A DNA stretch of 64,000 bases from assembly GCF_006345805.1 (NCBI RefSeq), contig NC_043006.1, positions 54,374,001 through 54,438,000 of the forward strand, in the 5' to 3' direction. Every line of letters starts with the position of its first letter. Within the stretch, counting starts at the first letter, position 1. Under the pieces are notes generated by a model, which ran no database searches, was not told the origin of the DNA, and saw only the letters and a program-made list of their open reading frames with translations. Positions 1-12,902 of this stretch are shown here, piece after piece. Both the position numbers and the translations under genes were made by a program. The DNA is from Octopus sinensis. Taxonomy: Eukaryota.

Positions 1-260
1 GAATGCAAAAACAACAACAAAAACGATTGTTGTTGTTTCTGCTGTTGCTAATGCAGTTTTTTATGCAACTGTCCCTTGTTTTACATAGTTGTGTTTTTTT
101 GCTGTTGTTGTTAATGCAGCTGTTGCAGCTAGATCTGTTATTGGTATCATTGTTGTTCTTAGTGTTGTAGTGTTACTGCTGTTGTTGTTATTACTTACTT
201 ATCAGTTATTGTTGCTTGTGTAGCTTAAGCTACTGTTGCAGCCTAACCCCACCCACCCAC
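1..260. repeat. Degenerate (TGT/TGC)n trinucleotide tract
   Basis: Runs of tgttgttgt, gctgttgtt. Confidence 0.75.
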
Positions 261-441
261 CCCACCCATTTAGCTGCATTTAAGCAGACATATATCATGT
301 TTGTTAACCAATCAAATACTTGAGGACATCCCATAGTCCTTAACATTCCCTCCTGTCCCCTTGCTACCATACAATTATTATTAGTTGTTATTGTAGTGCA
401 GTCAAACTCAGGTCATGTCAAATGTTGTTTTCATATCCAAC

Positions 442-895
442 TTGTTGTTGTTGTTAAGCAACAAGCCGGGTAAGGGTGATTAGGTGATGGTCTAGTGCTT
501 AGAGGTGGGAGACCCCAGACCATGGAAAAAAAAAAATTTTTGGTCATCTTGTTGTAGTTGAGGGCTCTTCGTTGACTCTCGGCACCACTGGGAGGTTAGT
601 TAGTTTTTTTGCTCAAAAAGCAAAAAGCAAGGCCATGTAGGGGGACATGGAGTTATGTACAGGGTAGTGTTCATGTAAAGAGTTCAGGCCACTTGTGGTC
701 AAGGGAGACTTTGAACCGAGCGGTCGTTGGCATCTTCACCATCTCGTCCGGCAGCTTATTCCACGGATCCACAACCCGGACGGAGAAAGCCCCTCTCCTT
801 CGATTGAGATGAAATCGTCGCAGATAGAGCTTTTCAGAATGGCCCTCAAAGTCGCTGGAAATGGAGATCTCCAGGTCCAAATTCTTGAATGGCTG
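442..895 (-). mobile_element. About 210-bp (CAA)n-tailed retroposon interrupted by a CR1 fragment
   Basis: Segments 442-595 and 840-895 match the uninterrupted copy at 22132-22341 in the opposite orientation. Confidence 0.8.
596..839 (-). mobile_element. CR1-type LINE 3' end (ORF2 C-terminus, 3' UTR, CTAA tail)
   Basis: Peptide GHSEKLYLRRFHLNRRRGAFSVRVVDPWNKLPDEMVKMPTTARFKVSLDHKW is a typical CR1 ORF2 terminus. It ends in aaaaaaactaactaa. Confidence 0.9.
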
Positions 896-2049
896 CTGTT
901 GTTGTTGGCAGCAGCAGTATTGTTGCTTTTGTGACTTTTAGTTGCAGTTGTTACTGTTGCAGCCTGCATTTCTTGTTCCTGCTGTTATTACTGTTGTTTA
1001 GCACCAGATCAGGCAGTTCAGTTCTGATTGGCCTGTCTTTTACTCAGACTGTCCAATGTATTCTTTGAGGAAGATTTAGCAGGCCTATTGACTGGCGTTG
1101 TTGCTACATTGTATGAGCTCTACAAGACCAACAGACTTTATATCACACATACAGCTATTAGATCAGCTATACTAACCATGGTCATCTTCAATATCTTACT
1201 GGTCAGTTGTCCGAAAACCTTAGATGCCAAACTTGTAGGTTTCCATTTTGGATTTGATGAACATGTAAAACTTATCTCACTACTGAATTTTCCAGCATAC
1301 AAGTTAAATTTTTCAGATCAAAATCTACAGTTAAGAAAGCTATGTCAACTTATACACCAAGACAACTTTGGAGGACCAAAAAAGTGCATGGAGGCACAGG
1401 TGCAAAAGCATGGGCGTGCATGCGCGCATGCATGCGTGTGTGTGTTTGTGCACATCATCAACAGTTTTATGTCCGTTCTTCATTACTGATATGGTTTACA
1501 CTCCGTGTTTACACCATATACTATGTTGACTTGTGTGCGGAAAATACGGTAGTTTATGCGGTTGTTGTTTAGCCCAAGGTCAAACCTCATCCAACTGACC
1601 CTAGCCCTATGATTAAAATCACTCCAGCTGTTACAATTCCATCTTTTTTTTTTTTTTTTATATATCTTATCTAGAATTACATTATCCAATTTTAAAATAA
1701 AAAAAAAATAATACAAACAAAACAGTAGGTTGTAGTATGAAAGAGATTTTGGCTGATATTTCTTGCATGTTGAAAAATTGCATAGAAATCTCTGTCATTA
1801 GCTTGTTGCTGCTGGTGTTACAGATGTATGTGGTTCGTGCCATCAGTCGAGAGCCTTGCTTATTGGTTCTGTTAGTCCATCCCCATCCTCCTTCCCTGCC
1901 TCTGTACCGTAGTGCAGCCACGTGCTGTCTGTCTGCAGCTGATTGTTGTTACGGCAGGCAAGCCTGGCAAGGCATGGAGCTGAAACACAGACAGACAGAA
2001 AGGAAGCTGATAACACACATAAAAGAAGAAAACAAATAACAACAGGGTG

Positions 2050-2084
<35 letters not shown>

Positions 2085-2527
2085 GGGGGGGTAGAGATGG
2101 GGGAGTGTGGCAAGCAAGATGAAGTGGAGGTGACAGAGGTGGGAGGGAGGAGGATAAGATAGAATGCAATAGCAATTAACAAAAGGAATGTTGCAGGAGC
2201 CCCGTGTCTCAAGTTTTCTTCTTTTTTTCTGATATCTTGAACAGCGACTGCTTGACAAAGTTTATTGACATATGTAGGCTTTCACATGCATGTGTATATG
2301 TGTGCACACACATGCATGAACACTTATACACATACACACATAATGTGTGTGTGTGTATATATATATATATATCATTATCATCATATATATGAAATTTGTA
2401 AATATATATATACACATCATCTTGTGATGCTCCTGCACAAATCATCAGTGATTGTACCTGGGACCTTTAGGGGTTGTAGGTCTTTCAGTATGTGGGGGTG
2501 CTTACATTTTGGTTGACATGCTTTTAA

Positions 2528-2758
2528 CCCCTTAGTGTTCAGATTACTCTGTCAAATGTAATCCTTTTGTTTTTTTATCCAAATTGTTTCGAATTAATTA
2601 TGCATTATCTTGTAGCTTTGAGGATTTGATGATGTAATTGGGTTTTTTTTTTCTAGAATGTTGGTGCAGGTTTGGTGTGAGAGGTTAGATGCGGCCAGTA
2701 TGAATGTAAAAGATGTAGAATATTTGGGCTGGATCTGGTCAGTTTAAATGCTAGAAGG
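2528..2758. mobile_element. piggyBac-type MITE (TTAA sites, CCCTTTAGCATT-like TIR)
   Basis: ttaa at 2524-2527 and 2759-2762; same family as 10640-10859, 29048-29265 and 62267-62426. Confidence 0.75.
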
Positions 2759-2886
2759 TTAACCTAGGATAATTTCTGACAGAAGATGACTGATGTTGCA
2801 ACATTATATTATTCAATGTGATTGAGTATGATTTGAGAAGATTTGACACATATTTCTCAATGGTCATATAATTAAGTAAAAGCTTA

Positions 2887-3340
2887 AGGTGACAAAGTAG
2901 CAGAATCATTAACATGCTGGCAGTGAGCTGGCAGAAACGTTAGCACACTGGGCGAGAATGCTTAACGGTATTTCATCTGCCGTTACGTTCCGAGTTCAAA
3001 TTCCGCCGAGGTTGACTTTGCCTTTCATCCTTTCGGGGTCAATGTACTTACGCACTGGGATCGATGTAATCGACTTAATCCCTTTGTCTGTCCTTGTTTG
3101 TCCCCTCTATGTTTAGCCCCTTGTGGGCAATAAAGAAATAAGAATCATTAACATGCTGGGCAAAAATCCTGGCAGAATTTCTTCTGTCCCTATATTGTGA
3201 ATTCAAATTCCAATGAGGTCATCTGTGCCTTTCATTTTTTCGGGGTTGATAAAATAAGTATCAGTCATGTACTGAGATCAATGTAATTGACTTGCACCCT
3301 CCTCTTACATTTCAGGCCTTGTGCCTGTAGCAGAAAGGAC
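2887..3340 (+). mobile_element. Old SINE (family B) containing a younger family-B SINE at 2919-3140
   Basis: The inner copy is flanked by a perfect 17-bp duplication agaatcattaacatgct (2902-2918, 3141-3157). Both copies carry the central gcctttcatcctttcggggtcgataaaataagtacc-like domain. Confidence 0.88.
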
Positions 3341-3341
3341 A

Positions 3342-3734
3342 TCTCTATATATATAAAGCTGAAGTTGTCTGTGTATGGCAGGTTTGGTAGCCTTCAACTA
3401 ACACTATCTCCTCCGAGACCTTGCAGCACAAGTTGACTAAAATTGAGGGTATGATAGAAGAAGGCTTGCTCTTCCTTCCGTAGAAGAAAAAATTCAAATC
3501 GGACCATGTTAACACCAAAAATTATTTACATCAAAAAGGTACTTTTTTTTCTATGAAAAGCCCTATTTTTTACCATTTTTTTACTGCTGTGTCGCCATTT
3601 TTTGGTGTATTTCAACCAGAAAAATGTTCACTTAAAGAGAATAACAAGCTACATAATGCAAAATTTTTACTTTTCAAAAATTCCAATTCTAAAGGGTCGA
3701 AACAAACCCGAGCAACGCCGGGCAATACTGCTAG
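3342..3734 (+). mobile_element. Non-autonomous Helitron-like element
   Basis: Starts A|TC(tctatatatataaa), ends with hairpin cccgagcaacgccggg then CTAG|T, no TSD. A second copy is at 24502-24890. Confidence 0.85.
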
Positions 3735-4175
3735 TAACTATCTAAAAGCTTAACTTATACATTAGATGTATAAGATAACATGCTGCCTACAGCCCTAGTT
3801 ATGTTCTACAAGAGTTATCTACTCCATAAAATGTTTACTTGATTATGTACACTATTTATATATCCACCTCCATCATAATACTACACAACACCAGTAAGAG
3901 GTAACATATGTTCTCAGATAATTTGCTGTAGCAATTGTAGAAAATCATATCAGTTTTAGGCTATCAGATCACATTTTGTCACACTTGAAATGTTTCGAGA
4001 ATAACTTAGTTATTGATATCCTTAATAATATTCCCCCTCCTCTTCCTCCTCCTACTATGTTGTATAGCCTCTACATTATATCTTAAAGTGCACAATCTTA
4101 GTTTCCTTCTGTGTTTACTATTCAATATTCCCTTATATCTAAAAATAAGCATTTATTTTTACAAGAAATTTTAAA

Positions 4176-4333
4176 GTAGGAGTGGCTGTGTGGTAAGTAG
4201 CTTGCTTACCAACCACATGGTTCCGGGTTCAGTCCCACTGCGTGGCACCTTGGGCAAGTGTCTTCTACTATAGCCTTGGGCCGACCAAAGCCTTGTGAGT
4301 GGATTTGGTAGGCGGAAACTGAAAGAAGCCTGT

Positions 4334-4382
<49 letters not shown>

Positions 4383-4578
4383 TATATATATATGTATATA
4401 TGTGTGTGTATCTGTTTGTGTGTCTGTGTTTACGTCCCCGTAACTTAGTGGTTCAGCAAAAGAGACCAATAGAATAAGTACTAGGCTTAGAAAGAATAAG
4501 TCCTGGGGTTGATTTGCTTGACTAAAGGCAGTGCTCCAACATGGCCACAGTCAAATGACTGAAACAAGTAAAAGAGTA
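4176..4578 (+). mobile_element. tRNA-derived SINE, family A (octopus-type), near full length
   Basis: Head gtaggagtggctgtgtggtaag with B-box-like ggttcagtccc, central (TA)n/(TG)n, tail gactgaaacaagtaaaagagtaa. More than 12 copies occur in the window. Confidence 0.9.
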
Positions 4579-4907
4579 AGTATATCTCTACCATGATATT
4601 TGTATTCTTTTCTGTGACTTTCTTGGATAGCAAATGATACACTATCATATTTAATACTGATGAAGCACTTGTGCCTTTACTTTGTATCTTTAATCCTGAG
4701 ACATGCTGTCTGGGTAGGCAAAGTAGGTGGTGGTCACCCAAACTAAAACTATAAATATTAATTATTCACTATGGAAAGCAAATTATTTCCAAATCATTAT
4801 AATAATGCAAATGAAATACATAAAATTAATGTAAATTCAATAAATGGTAAAATTCTGATGTAAATCAGGCATAATTTTCCTGTGTTTTTCAAATTGTGTG
4901 TGTGTAT

Positions 4908-5340
4908 AGGCATGACTGCATGGATAAGAAGTTCACATTACAACCACATGACTCGAGTCCAATTCCACTGCATGGACACTGTTGGCAGATGTCCTCTATT
5001 ATAGCCACGAGTTGACTAATATCTTGTGAGTGAAATTTTTTAGACTAAAACTGGAAGAAGCCTGTCATGTGTGTGTATGTGTGTGTGTGTGTGTGTATGC
5101 TTGCAACTGAGTGCATATTTCCACTGTATGTGCTAATTGTAAATAAAGAATCACTATTCATACAAATGTTATCATTTCTCTGCAATCCACTGTAAAAGCA
5201 TATCTGGGCTGTTCATTGTTTATTGGACTAGGAGAATATTATTACTTGTGCAAACAGGTGAGAATTGATAACAGGCAGTGCATCTGGCCACAGAAAATTC
5301 TGCCTGAGCAAATCTTACATGATCTATGCAAACATGAGTT
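4908..5340 (+). mobile_element. Older SINE, family E (family-A-like head, RTE-like 3' tail)
   Basis: Degenerate family-A head followed by ...ggcatctggcca.agaaa.tctgcc...catg tail. Related copies lie near 18870-19225, 34500-34880 and 62440-62740. Confidence 0.65.
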
Positions 5341-5379
5341 TTATAATGAATCTAGTTTGAATTTAGTTGCAATGAATTT

Positions 5380-6400
5380 ACTTAGACGTCCTTTAGGACT
5401 CAGATCTCAGTTGCCCTTCTATCTTATTATAATTCTCTCAGCCATAACAGAGAAGTTTAAGACTGGCTGCTTATGAAAACTCCTATATGCTGATTATCTA
5501 ATTCTTATAGCAGAATCTGTAACGGAATCTGTAGAAGAAATTTAGACATGGAAGCAAAACCAAGAATTGAGAAGCCTCAATGTAAACTTAGCAAAGACCA
5601 AAGTATTAATAAATAGGAGAGAAAACAGGACCCTGCTATCAAGGAAATGACTATGCTCAATATATAGAAAAGGAGCTTAGGAATTCCACACAGTACCCAG
5701 TGTAAACCATCAGCACAAAAGAGGTATTGCAAGATAAAAGCAGCTAATGGTGTAGGCAATCATTACATGCAGCAGGTACTCATGCACTAAAAGTGCATGT
5801 AAAATAAAGTCTTTCATATGCCCAGGTGGCTCTATAAGAGTAGCTGATGGCTTTTGTTACTCAGACACTCTAATTATCAGTGGGGGTGGGTTTCTGAAAG
5901 TATTTTTAATCAGAGTGAAAAAGGGGTTGGAAAAGTTTCAAGTTGCTATTTGCCTCTGCTAACAACAAAAGGTTTTTTTTCCTTGAGAGTGAAAGGTTGA
6001 TTGTATGGTGCTTATGTATAATGTACAGTGTTCCATGATAGTAAGATGTGGGCCTTGAATGCAGAGCATTTGTGAAAAATAGAAAGAAATAAAGTATGTT
6101 CCACTGGATGTGTAATATTAGTGCACATGAATGACAAAGTACAAATGAGCTGAGAGAACAGCTGAATGCAAGTTGAATCAAATGTAGTCTGCAAAAGAGA
6201 AAACTGCATTGGTATGCTCATGTGATGCATATAGAGGAGGACAGCTGTATAAAGAAGTGTCATGTGCTCAAAATATACAGAAACAGTGGAAGATGGAGAC
6301 CAAGAAAGCCTTAGGATAAAGTGGTGAAGACTGATCTGAACTTGTTGCATCACATTGAAGGGCTGACAAAGGACCACATCAGTTGGTGCCATCATTGTGG
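5380..6400 (+). mobile_element. Degraded RTE-clade LINE reverse transcriptase/C-terminal region
   Basis: Frameshifted peptides ..AITEKFKTGC.., LLYADYLILIAES, TWKQNQELRSLNVNLAKTKV, CSIYRK, LHWYAHVMH, GDQESL. Confidence 0.85.
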
Positions 6401-7529
6401 GAGATCTGCCCACTTGTGCAAGCAAGATGGAACATATATTAAAATTGGTAGAGATGGAGGGCATGTCCATCAAGTATTTGATTGGTTAACAAGACTGGAG
6501 AGCATGTTGTGTGTTTGTGTGTGCATGTGCGTATGTGTGTGTGAGAGAGAGAGAGAGAGAAAGAATCAAATCTACATCTTCTCTCTCTATATATATATTC
6601 TCTCATCTTTTTAACACCACTATCACTCAAACCAATGTTACCCATCTGTCTATCACCTACACCTCTATTGCTTGTGTCTCCAATGCTCATGCCTTTAAGC
6701 ACTCATCTCTCTATCATTTTTTGTTTCCATTTTCATTTTATATTTTGTTATTGGTATGACTAACGATTGCAGTGAATATCTATCTCCTCACTGTAACCAT
6801 GCTTCCAGTCTGATTGGATTACTCTGACCTTCTCATCTCTGTAACACATAACCCCTTGTATTCCTTACCAACCTCACACTCCTGTCCATCTCAAGGAGTA
6901 TATATAAGAGATCACTTCAGATGTTCATGTACACCATACACTCTACCATTAACCCATATACACTTCCTACCCCATGCCTCATCTCAGATTACTTCATATT
7001 GACATCCATCATCCTCCCCCACTTACCATTTATCAATTTCTATTACTATCCATTGCTTCCTCGCCTTAATCACTGTTTTTAACATTACACCTTTTTTGCC
7101 TCCCCTCTACTCATCCTGGTTCTCTTTACTCTATTTTCTATTCGCCTCTTTATCCATGTAGCTCTGAGGGAATGAACACATCATAGTAGTGAGGACTCAT
7201 TAAACTTTTAGGATAAAAATCAACCCCACTAGTGCTGGTGCTTCAGTAAAATGCACTCTGGAGTGTAGGGTCAAGAGAGCCTGTTCATTTTGTCAAAGAG
7301 ATGTCAACTTTTCCAGTGCTGCTATCAATATGTTCTGTAAATGGTTGGTAATCAGTGGGGGCTCCAGTTCAGGAAACCATGGCAAAAATGAAACATACAT
7401 GCAAGATGTGGCCCTTGCCACCTTTGAGATTAGTAACTCCAAAATAACTGACTGTGACCCTAACGACCTGTCTAATCTATGCCAATATGAAAAGTGGCCG
7501 TAAAATGGTGATAACATATCTATGTGTAC

Positions 7530-7589
<60 letters not shown>

Positions 7590-7783
7590 GCTGGAAAGTA
7601 AACAAAAATGCTTTGGGGAGGCTAAGTTTCAAATTTATTGTGATCTCCATTTACTAAAAGAATTTGTTATCATCAAGGATGAATGAAAGAAATTACTTAA
7701 CCCTCTTGTGACACTCAGGCTGATTGATTGACCCGGGTGATACAAGCTGAAAAGACTTTGAGGCTGATCCATTGGCCCAATGA

Positions 7784-7842
<59 letters not shown>

Positions 7843-8527
7843 TTACTTACTAATAAAGTTGTTTTAGGCACTTTATCCTTTGTTTTCTGCATGCACCCAA
7901 CAATATCAATTTCAGTCTCAACAGAAAAAACATTTTGCTCTTTTTGGCTACGCATACCAAAACATCATGTGTCTTAAAAAAGTTAAAGATTTGTTGGTAT
8001 CCAAGGAAAAGTTTTACTTAAACAGGAACATATAATATCATTGGGTGCTGTTCTACAAAGCAGTAAAGGACTATTTTCCACCAATAGACAAAGTATTTGT
8101 TAAAAATGGTAGAAATATATGTCTTGACTACTTGTCAACTGAATGAAGACTTTTTTCTATTGATAGTTCAAAAATGTGTCTGTTGCACCAGAAAGATACA
8201 CATACATGTATATGAATGCATGCACGCACGCACGCATGCACACACACACCTTTCAAAATCACAAAAAATTCATGTTTGTTACATCAAATTACGATGTAGG
8301 TTTTTTAATTTGAAATTTGAATATCTTAAATCAAGGTAGAGGAAGTCTTAGGTATAGATAACCTAAATTCCAATATTTCAGTACTTCCTTATGTTTTTTT
8401 TCACTTTCCCAGACATTCTTTAAGACATGATCAATCTCTTGCCATCTGATCCTACATAAATGCAGGAAATTTACCAGACAGTCAATACTGGTCCTAATCC
8501 CTGTTCTTATTCTTGTTTTTGGAACTG

Positions 8528-8745
8528 TTGTTGTTTAGCCCCAGGTCAAACCTGATAAAGTAGATCTATGATCAATGACCATTCCAAGCCTATGACCAAA
8601 CAATCTTTTCTTCTACAATGGTATATTCCCTGCACATTATACAATGTTTATTTTTCATAAGATAGTAGAGTGTGGTTTGGGGGAGATTTAGCTGCTATTT
8701 CTAACAGGATAAATGACTGCATAGATTTTCCTTCATTGGCTAAGT
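8528..8745. mobile_element. Representative of an old ~220-250 bp dispersed repeat family (F)
   Basis: gttgtttagccccaggtcaaacctgat...gatttagctgctatttctaacagg. Diverged copies lie near 1000, 1565, 9020, 17870, 44650, 47880, 48770, 49310, 50455, 53820 and 63600. Confidence 0.7.
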
Positions 8746-9340
8746 TTGTATTACTATTGTCGATAGTGTTGTTGCTGTTAAGCCTGTTTCAGCTGACCTT
8801 TGATACATAGATCTACTGATTTAAAAAATCCTAGTTGGTTCCATAGATCCAATGCATTGCACATTCCATACCTTCATCTGGCAGGAACAACCACCACCAT
8901 CACTATCTCCAGCACCACCATCACTACCACCACTATCACCATCAACACCACCACCACCACCATCATCATCATAACCATTACCACCACCTGAGTTGGTGAT
9001 GATAATGATGATTTGTTATTGTTCCTTGGTTAACTCCTACTCCAACAGAGTTTTATTGAAAAGCATTCCCACCATGACCATCCTATATTGGGGGGGGGAG
9101 GGGCAGGGGATATTGTCTCTAGGACTCCATTATCTAAGGTGTTCTTCATTTTTTTTTTCAATATGGTATGGCTATGAGATGAGAACTATTTGGCTGTTGT
9201 TTCTAGCAGATCAAACAACTACATACAGGCTGATCAAATTAGGAGTGAAGAGAGGAGCACTGATTGGGAGAGTGGTAGTGGTAGTGGTGGTGGTGAAGAT
9301 TGTAATGTGTATGATGATGTTCATGAGTTTTGTTTGTTTT

Positions 9341-9725
9341 AGGTGTGGCTTTGTGGTAAGAAGTTTGCTTCCCAGCCATGTTTCTGGGTTTAGTCCCTGT
9401 GTGGCACCTTGGATAAGTATCTTGTACAAGAGCCCCAGGCTGACCAGTCTTGTGAGTGGATTTGGTAAACGAAACTGAAAGAAGCCATCCTCTGTGTGTG
9501 TGTGTGTCTGTGTGTGTGTGTGTGTGTGTGCATCTTTGTGCTTGTCCCCCATTATCACTTGACAACTAGTGTTGGTTTGTTTATATCCCTGTAGTAGTTC
9601 AGCAAAAAGAAACCAATAGAATAAGCTTAAAATTAAAACAAATACTGGGGTTAATTTGACTAAACCCTCTGAGAAGGCAGTGCTTCAGCTTGGCCACAGT
9701 CCAATGACTGAAAGAAGTAGAAGAA
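9341..9725 (+). mobile_element. Family A SINE, diverged
   Basis: Head, central (TG)n and tail are all recognisable. Confidence 0.8.
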
Positions 9726-9759
9726 AAAAATTACTGTATCTGAAAGAATTGGTAATTTG

Positions 9760-10295
9760 CATGGCTTTCACTCCAAGACTGATGAGATAATGGCTGTGAA
9801 TGTTCCTTTCAAGTTGATGCAAATCAACACCTGCCAGAAAGACACAGGAAGAGAGGAGATTCCAGATGGATGACTTTCTGGGGAGAAAGGACTGATCATA
9901 TTGGTTAATGCCGAACCTAAGACAAGGGTAATGAGGGGAGGGGAGGAGAAGGGAGACAAGTAAGCTGAGAGTGTCCAAGTGGAGATGGCATGAGATTAGT
10001 CAGAATTGAGGAATAGAGGCCATTATAGTAGAAACAGAAAAAGTAGAGGAGACAGCATACTTGTGGGCCAGAGAGTGGAGTGTGTCTGTGAGGGATTTTA
10101 TGCCACTGGTTGGTCAAGTGACCTTTCATTCAATGCAAGATGCAGCCTAGGTTGTCTGTGTGTGCTGCAGTAGCAGCATAGTCCCACATATGGTCCCCAC
10201 CTTAGCTTTGTAGAATGTCAGTTATTGTTGGAGAAGGCTGAGTCTGGAGTTTCCTCTGGCTTTGAAAAGAAGAGGCTATCTTTGGACTGCAATTC
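9760..10295 (-). mobile_element. Degraded CR1/Jockey-group LINE ORF2 3' part
   Basis: Peptides YKAKV.. and INQYDQSFLPRKSSIWNLLSSCVF..VDLHQLERNI resemble the SFLPRT..LWN.LP..VFP motif. Confidence 0.7.
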
Positions 10296-10639
10296 TTGCT
10301 ATTTCATGAAGATGGTGGTGGTGGTGGCGGTGGCGGTGGCGGCTGCTGTTGCTCTTGTTATTTTTGTAGTAGTGTTATTGATAAAGGTTGTAATGAAGGT
10401 GGTGGCTTTTAAAAATCATTTAATTACTTGATTCTTTTATTTTTAATATTTTCATATTTAATTAAATAATACTTTAATTAAGTGGCTAGAAATATAATGG
10501 ATAAATATAAGAGTAAGTAGATGGACAAACAAATTATCTATCTGTCTGTCTGAGGGAGAAAGAGAGATAAGAAATGAGATTTAGTTAGGTATGTGAATAG
10601 CAGGATGCATTTCTCCAGTCATACCCTGGGTCCTATTAA

Positions 10640-10859
10640 CCCTTTAGCATTTAATCTGGCCATATCCAACCCAAATATTGTACCTGTTTTATGTTAAAAC
10701 TGACTAGATCCAGCCTCTCACACCTACCCTACAATGTCTTTCTAAAAATATTCGAACACACCATTGAAGCCTTGAAGCTACAAAATATTGCATGGTTAAT
10801 TCAAAACAATGTTATTAAATAAGCGATGCTTTTGACAAAGAAATCTGAATACTAAAGGG
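10640..10859. mobile_element. piggyBac-type MITE
   Basis: ttaa|ccctttagcatt ... aatactaaaggg|ttaa. Confidence 0.85.
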
Positions 10860-11157
10860 TTAAGCCTAATAAGAAGGTTGAAAGGCTGAATGTGGTGTGG
10901 TAATTGGTGATTAAGGAAGGCCCAGGAAAGTATCAAGTTTTGTTTAGGTGTTCAACTGCTTACTTAACTATTGTCACTTATTCTAGAGATAGAATGGGGT
11001 CAAAAACAAAACAAAACAAGGCAAAAGACAGATTAATACCAATTTTCAAACTTCATAAATTAAAGGTTAATATCAGCTATGAACTAACCTCCGTCTATGT
11101 CGGGTCCATTTTCCCTGTAAACAGCTGTCACCAACCATGTCATAAATTTTCTTCATG

Positions 11158-11176
11158 CAGTAGTAGTAGTAGTAGT

Positions 11177-11227
<51 letters not shown>

Positions 11228-11228
11228 C

Positions 11229-11274
<46 letters not shown>

Positions 11275-11350
11275 CAGCAGCAGCAGCAGCAGCAGTAATA
11301 GCAGCAGCAGTAGCAGTGGCAGTAGTAGTAGTAGCAGCAGCACCAGCAGA
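11158..11350. repeat. Compound (AGT)n/(AGC)n microsatellite
   Basis: Alternating blocks of agt and agc. It accounts for the poly-S/L/Y/T ORFs. Confidence 0.95.
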
Positions 11351-11699
11351 AAGTAGTACATTTGCTGGTGGGGGGTTGGGGGTGACCATCCTCACTTTTC
11401 TTGTATATCGAAGATTTCATCGTCTAATAAATCTATATTTTATAAGAATTTTAATGATTAATTTAAAGGAGGTTTAGGTGCTATTATTTCTAGCAAGCCG
11501 GTGGTGAGCTGGCAGCATTGTTAGCACAGTGGAACAAATGTTTAGTTGTGTTTCTTCTGGCTCTTCATATTCTGAGCTCAAATCTTACCAAGGCCAATTT
11601 TGGCTTTCATCATTTTGAGATCGTTAAAACAAAGTACCAGTCTAGTAATGTGACTGATGTAGTTGATTGAGCTCCACTCATTAACATTGCTGGCCTCAG

Positions 11700-12235
11700 T
11701 TGTACCTTATCTTGAAAATAATATCTGTAAATTCTCCTCCAAGAATTTCCTATAAGAACTGTGTAAAAATATCGGCCTTAATAGGGTAAAAACAACAAAT
11801 TTTTTAAATGCCAGAATATGATTAAAACTAGGTAGGAGGTATCAAATGTTTTAATTAATTATTCTCAAGTTTCTTCTCTTAGAAAATCCATATTTCGGGT
11901 CCTTCCTCATCTGAATAAGTCATTAAATATAAAAAGTTCAAAAAGTAATCAAGAATTTCCTTTAAAATCATCCTTCTAATTAATTACAAACTTTCAAAGG
12001 TCGTTAACATGGAAATTAGCTTGTTTTTCTCTGATTCCATAAATTTTCTGCCTCTTGGACAAAGTACTCTAATGCTTGGTTTGTTTTGCAGGATTGTCAT
12101 AGCATTATTTTTAACATGTTTTAGTAAATCTAGTGGTCTTTGAATTCTTCCTCACTTAGTTCTTCTGTCTTGGTTAATAAGTTTGGTGGTTGCTATCTCC
12201 TCTCCACTCCTCCACCGGGAGATCCGAGCCATGCA
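11700..12235 (-). mobile_element. Possible highly degraded L1/Tx1-like ORF2 C-terminus
   Basis: Broken frames include CKTNQALEYFVQEAENLWNQ, reminiscent of the CCHC region C..E..EH.F..C..A..LW. Weak. Confidence 0.25.
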
Positions 12236-12594
12236 TTACATTTAGAAGGTGTGTGGCCTTGTGGTTAAAGAGTCGCACTCGTGATCGCAATATCAGGGTT
12301 TCAATTCCAGCATTGGACAATGCATTGGGTTTTTGAGAAAACACTTCATTTCACAGTGGGCAGTTTCAAATTTGCATGTGGGCGAGATTTCACCTTTTGT
12401 TGGGCAAGAACATCTTGTGCTCCACTCAGCTGTAAATGAGTAATCATGCAATGGCCTAGCATCCCATTCAGGTGGAACATTGTGATCTCAGTCACTTATG
12501 CGCTATGGAAATCTGTTTACTGACCCTATGCATCCTAAGACTCAAGGCATACTTCACATTAAAAGTTAACTACACACTCCTCAATTATACACTA

Positions 12595-12902
12595 CTAGCT
12601 GGCCCCGTGCCATCAAAAATGACAGCTAATTATAGTTTTTATATATAAATATGGATGGTACATCAACTTAATTCACTTGTCAATGTTCACATACATTCAT
12701 ATATTTCCCTTGTACATGCATACATGCGCACACATATACTCACAGAGTTGAAACACTGTTTGATTTTTCTTTTCAGTGTTGAATGTTCACCATCCCACTA
12801 CCAAATTTGCTATCACCCCTTCCTTCCTTATTCATCTATCACCCCTTCCTTTCTCATTCATATGCTGTGATGGGGGGAAAACACAAGTATTATTATAGTA
12901 GA
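12595..12902 (-). mobile_element. Non-autonomous Helitron-like element
   Basis: The minus strand starts A|TCtactataataatac and ends with a decayed hairpin (gccatc-aaaaat-gacagc on +) then CTAG|T. Confidence 0.7.

Noticed and set aside
1028-1489. 153-aa ORF, and a possible exon at 1317-1399 containing GGP
   Set aside because: It overlaps a family F repeat, and the peptide does not match the expected upstream TRIT1 exon in the required phase.
10904-11420. Long poly-Ser/Leu/Tyr/Thr ORFs
   Set aside because: They are translations of the (AGT)/(AGC) microsatellite, with no splice context or homology.
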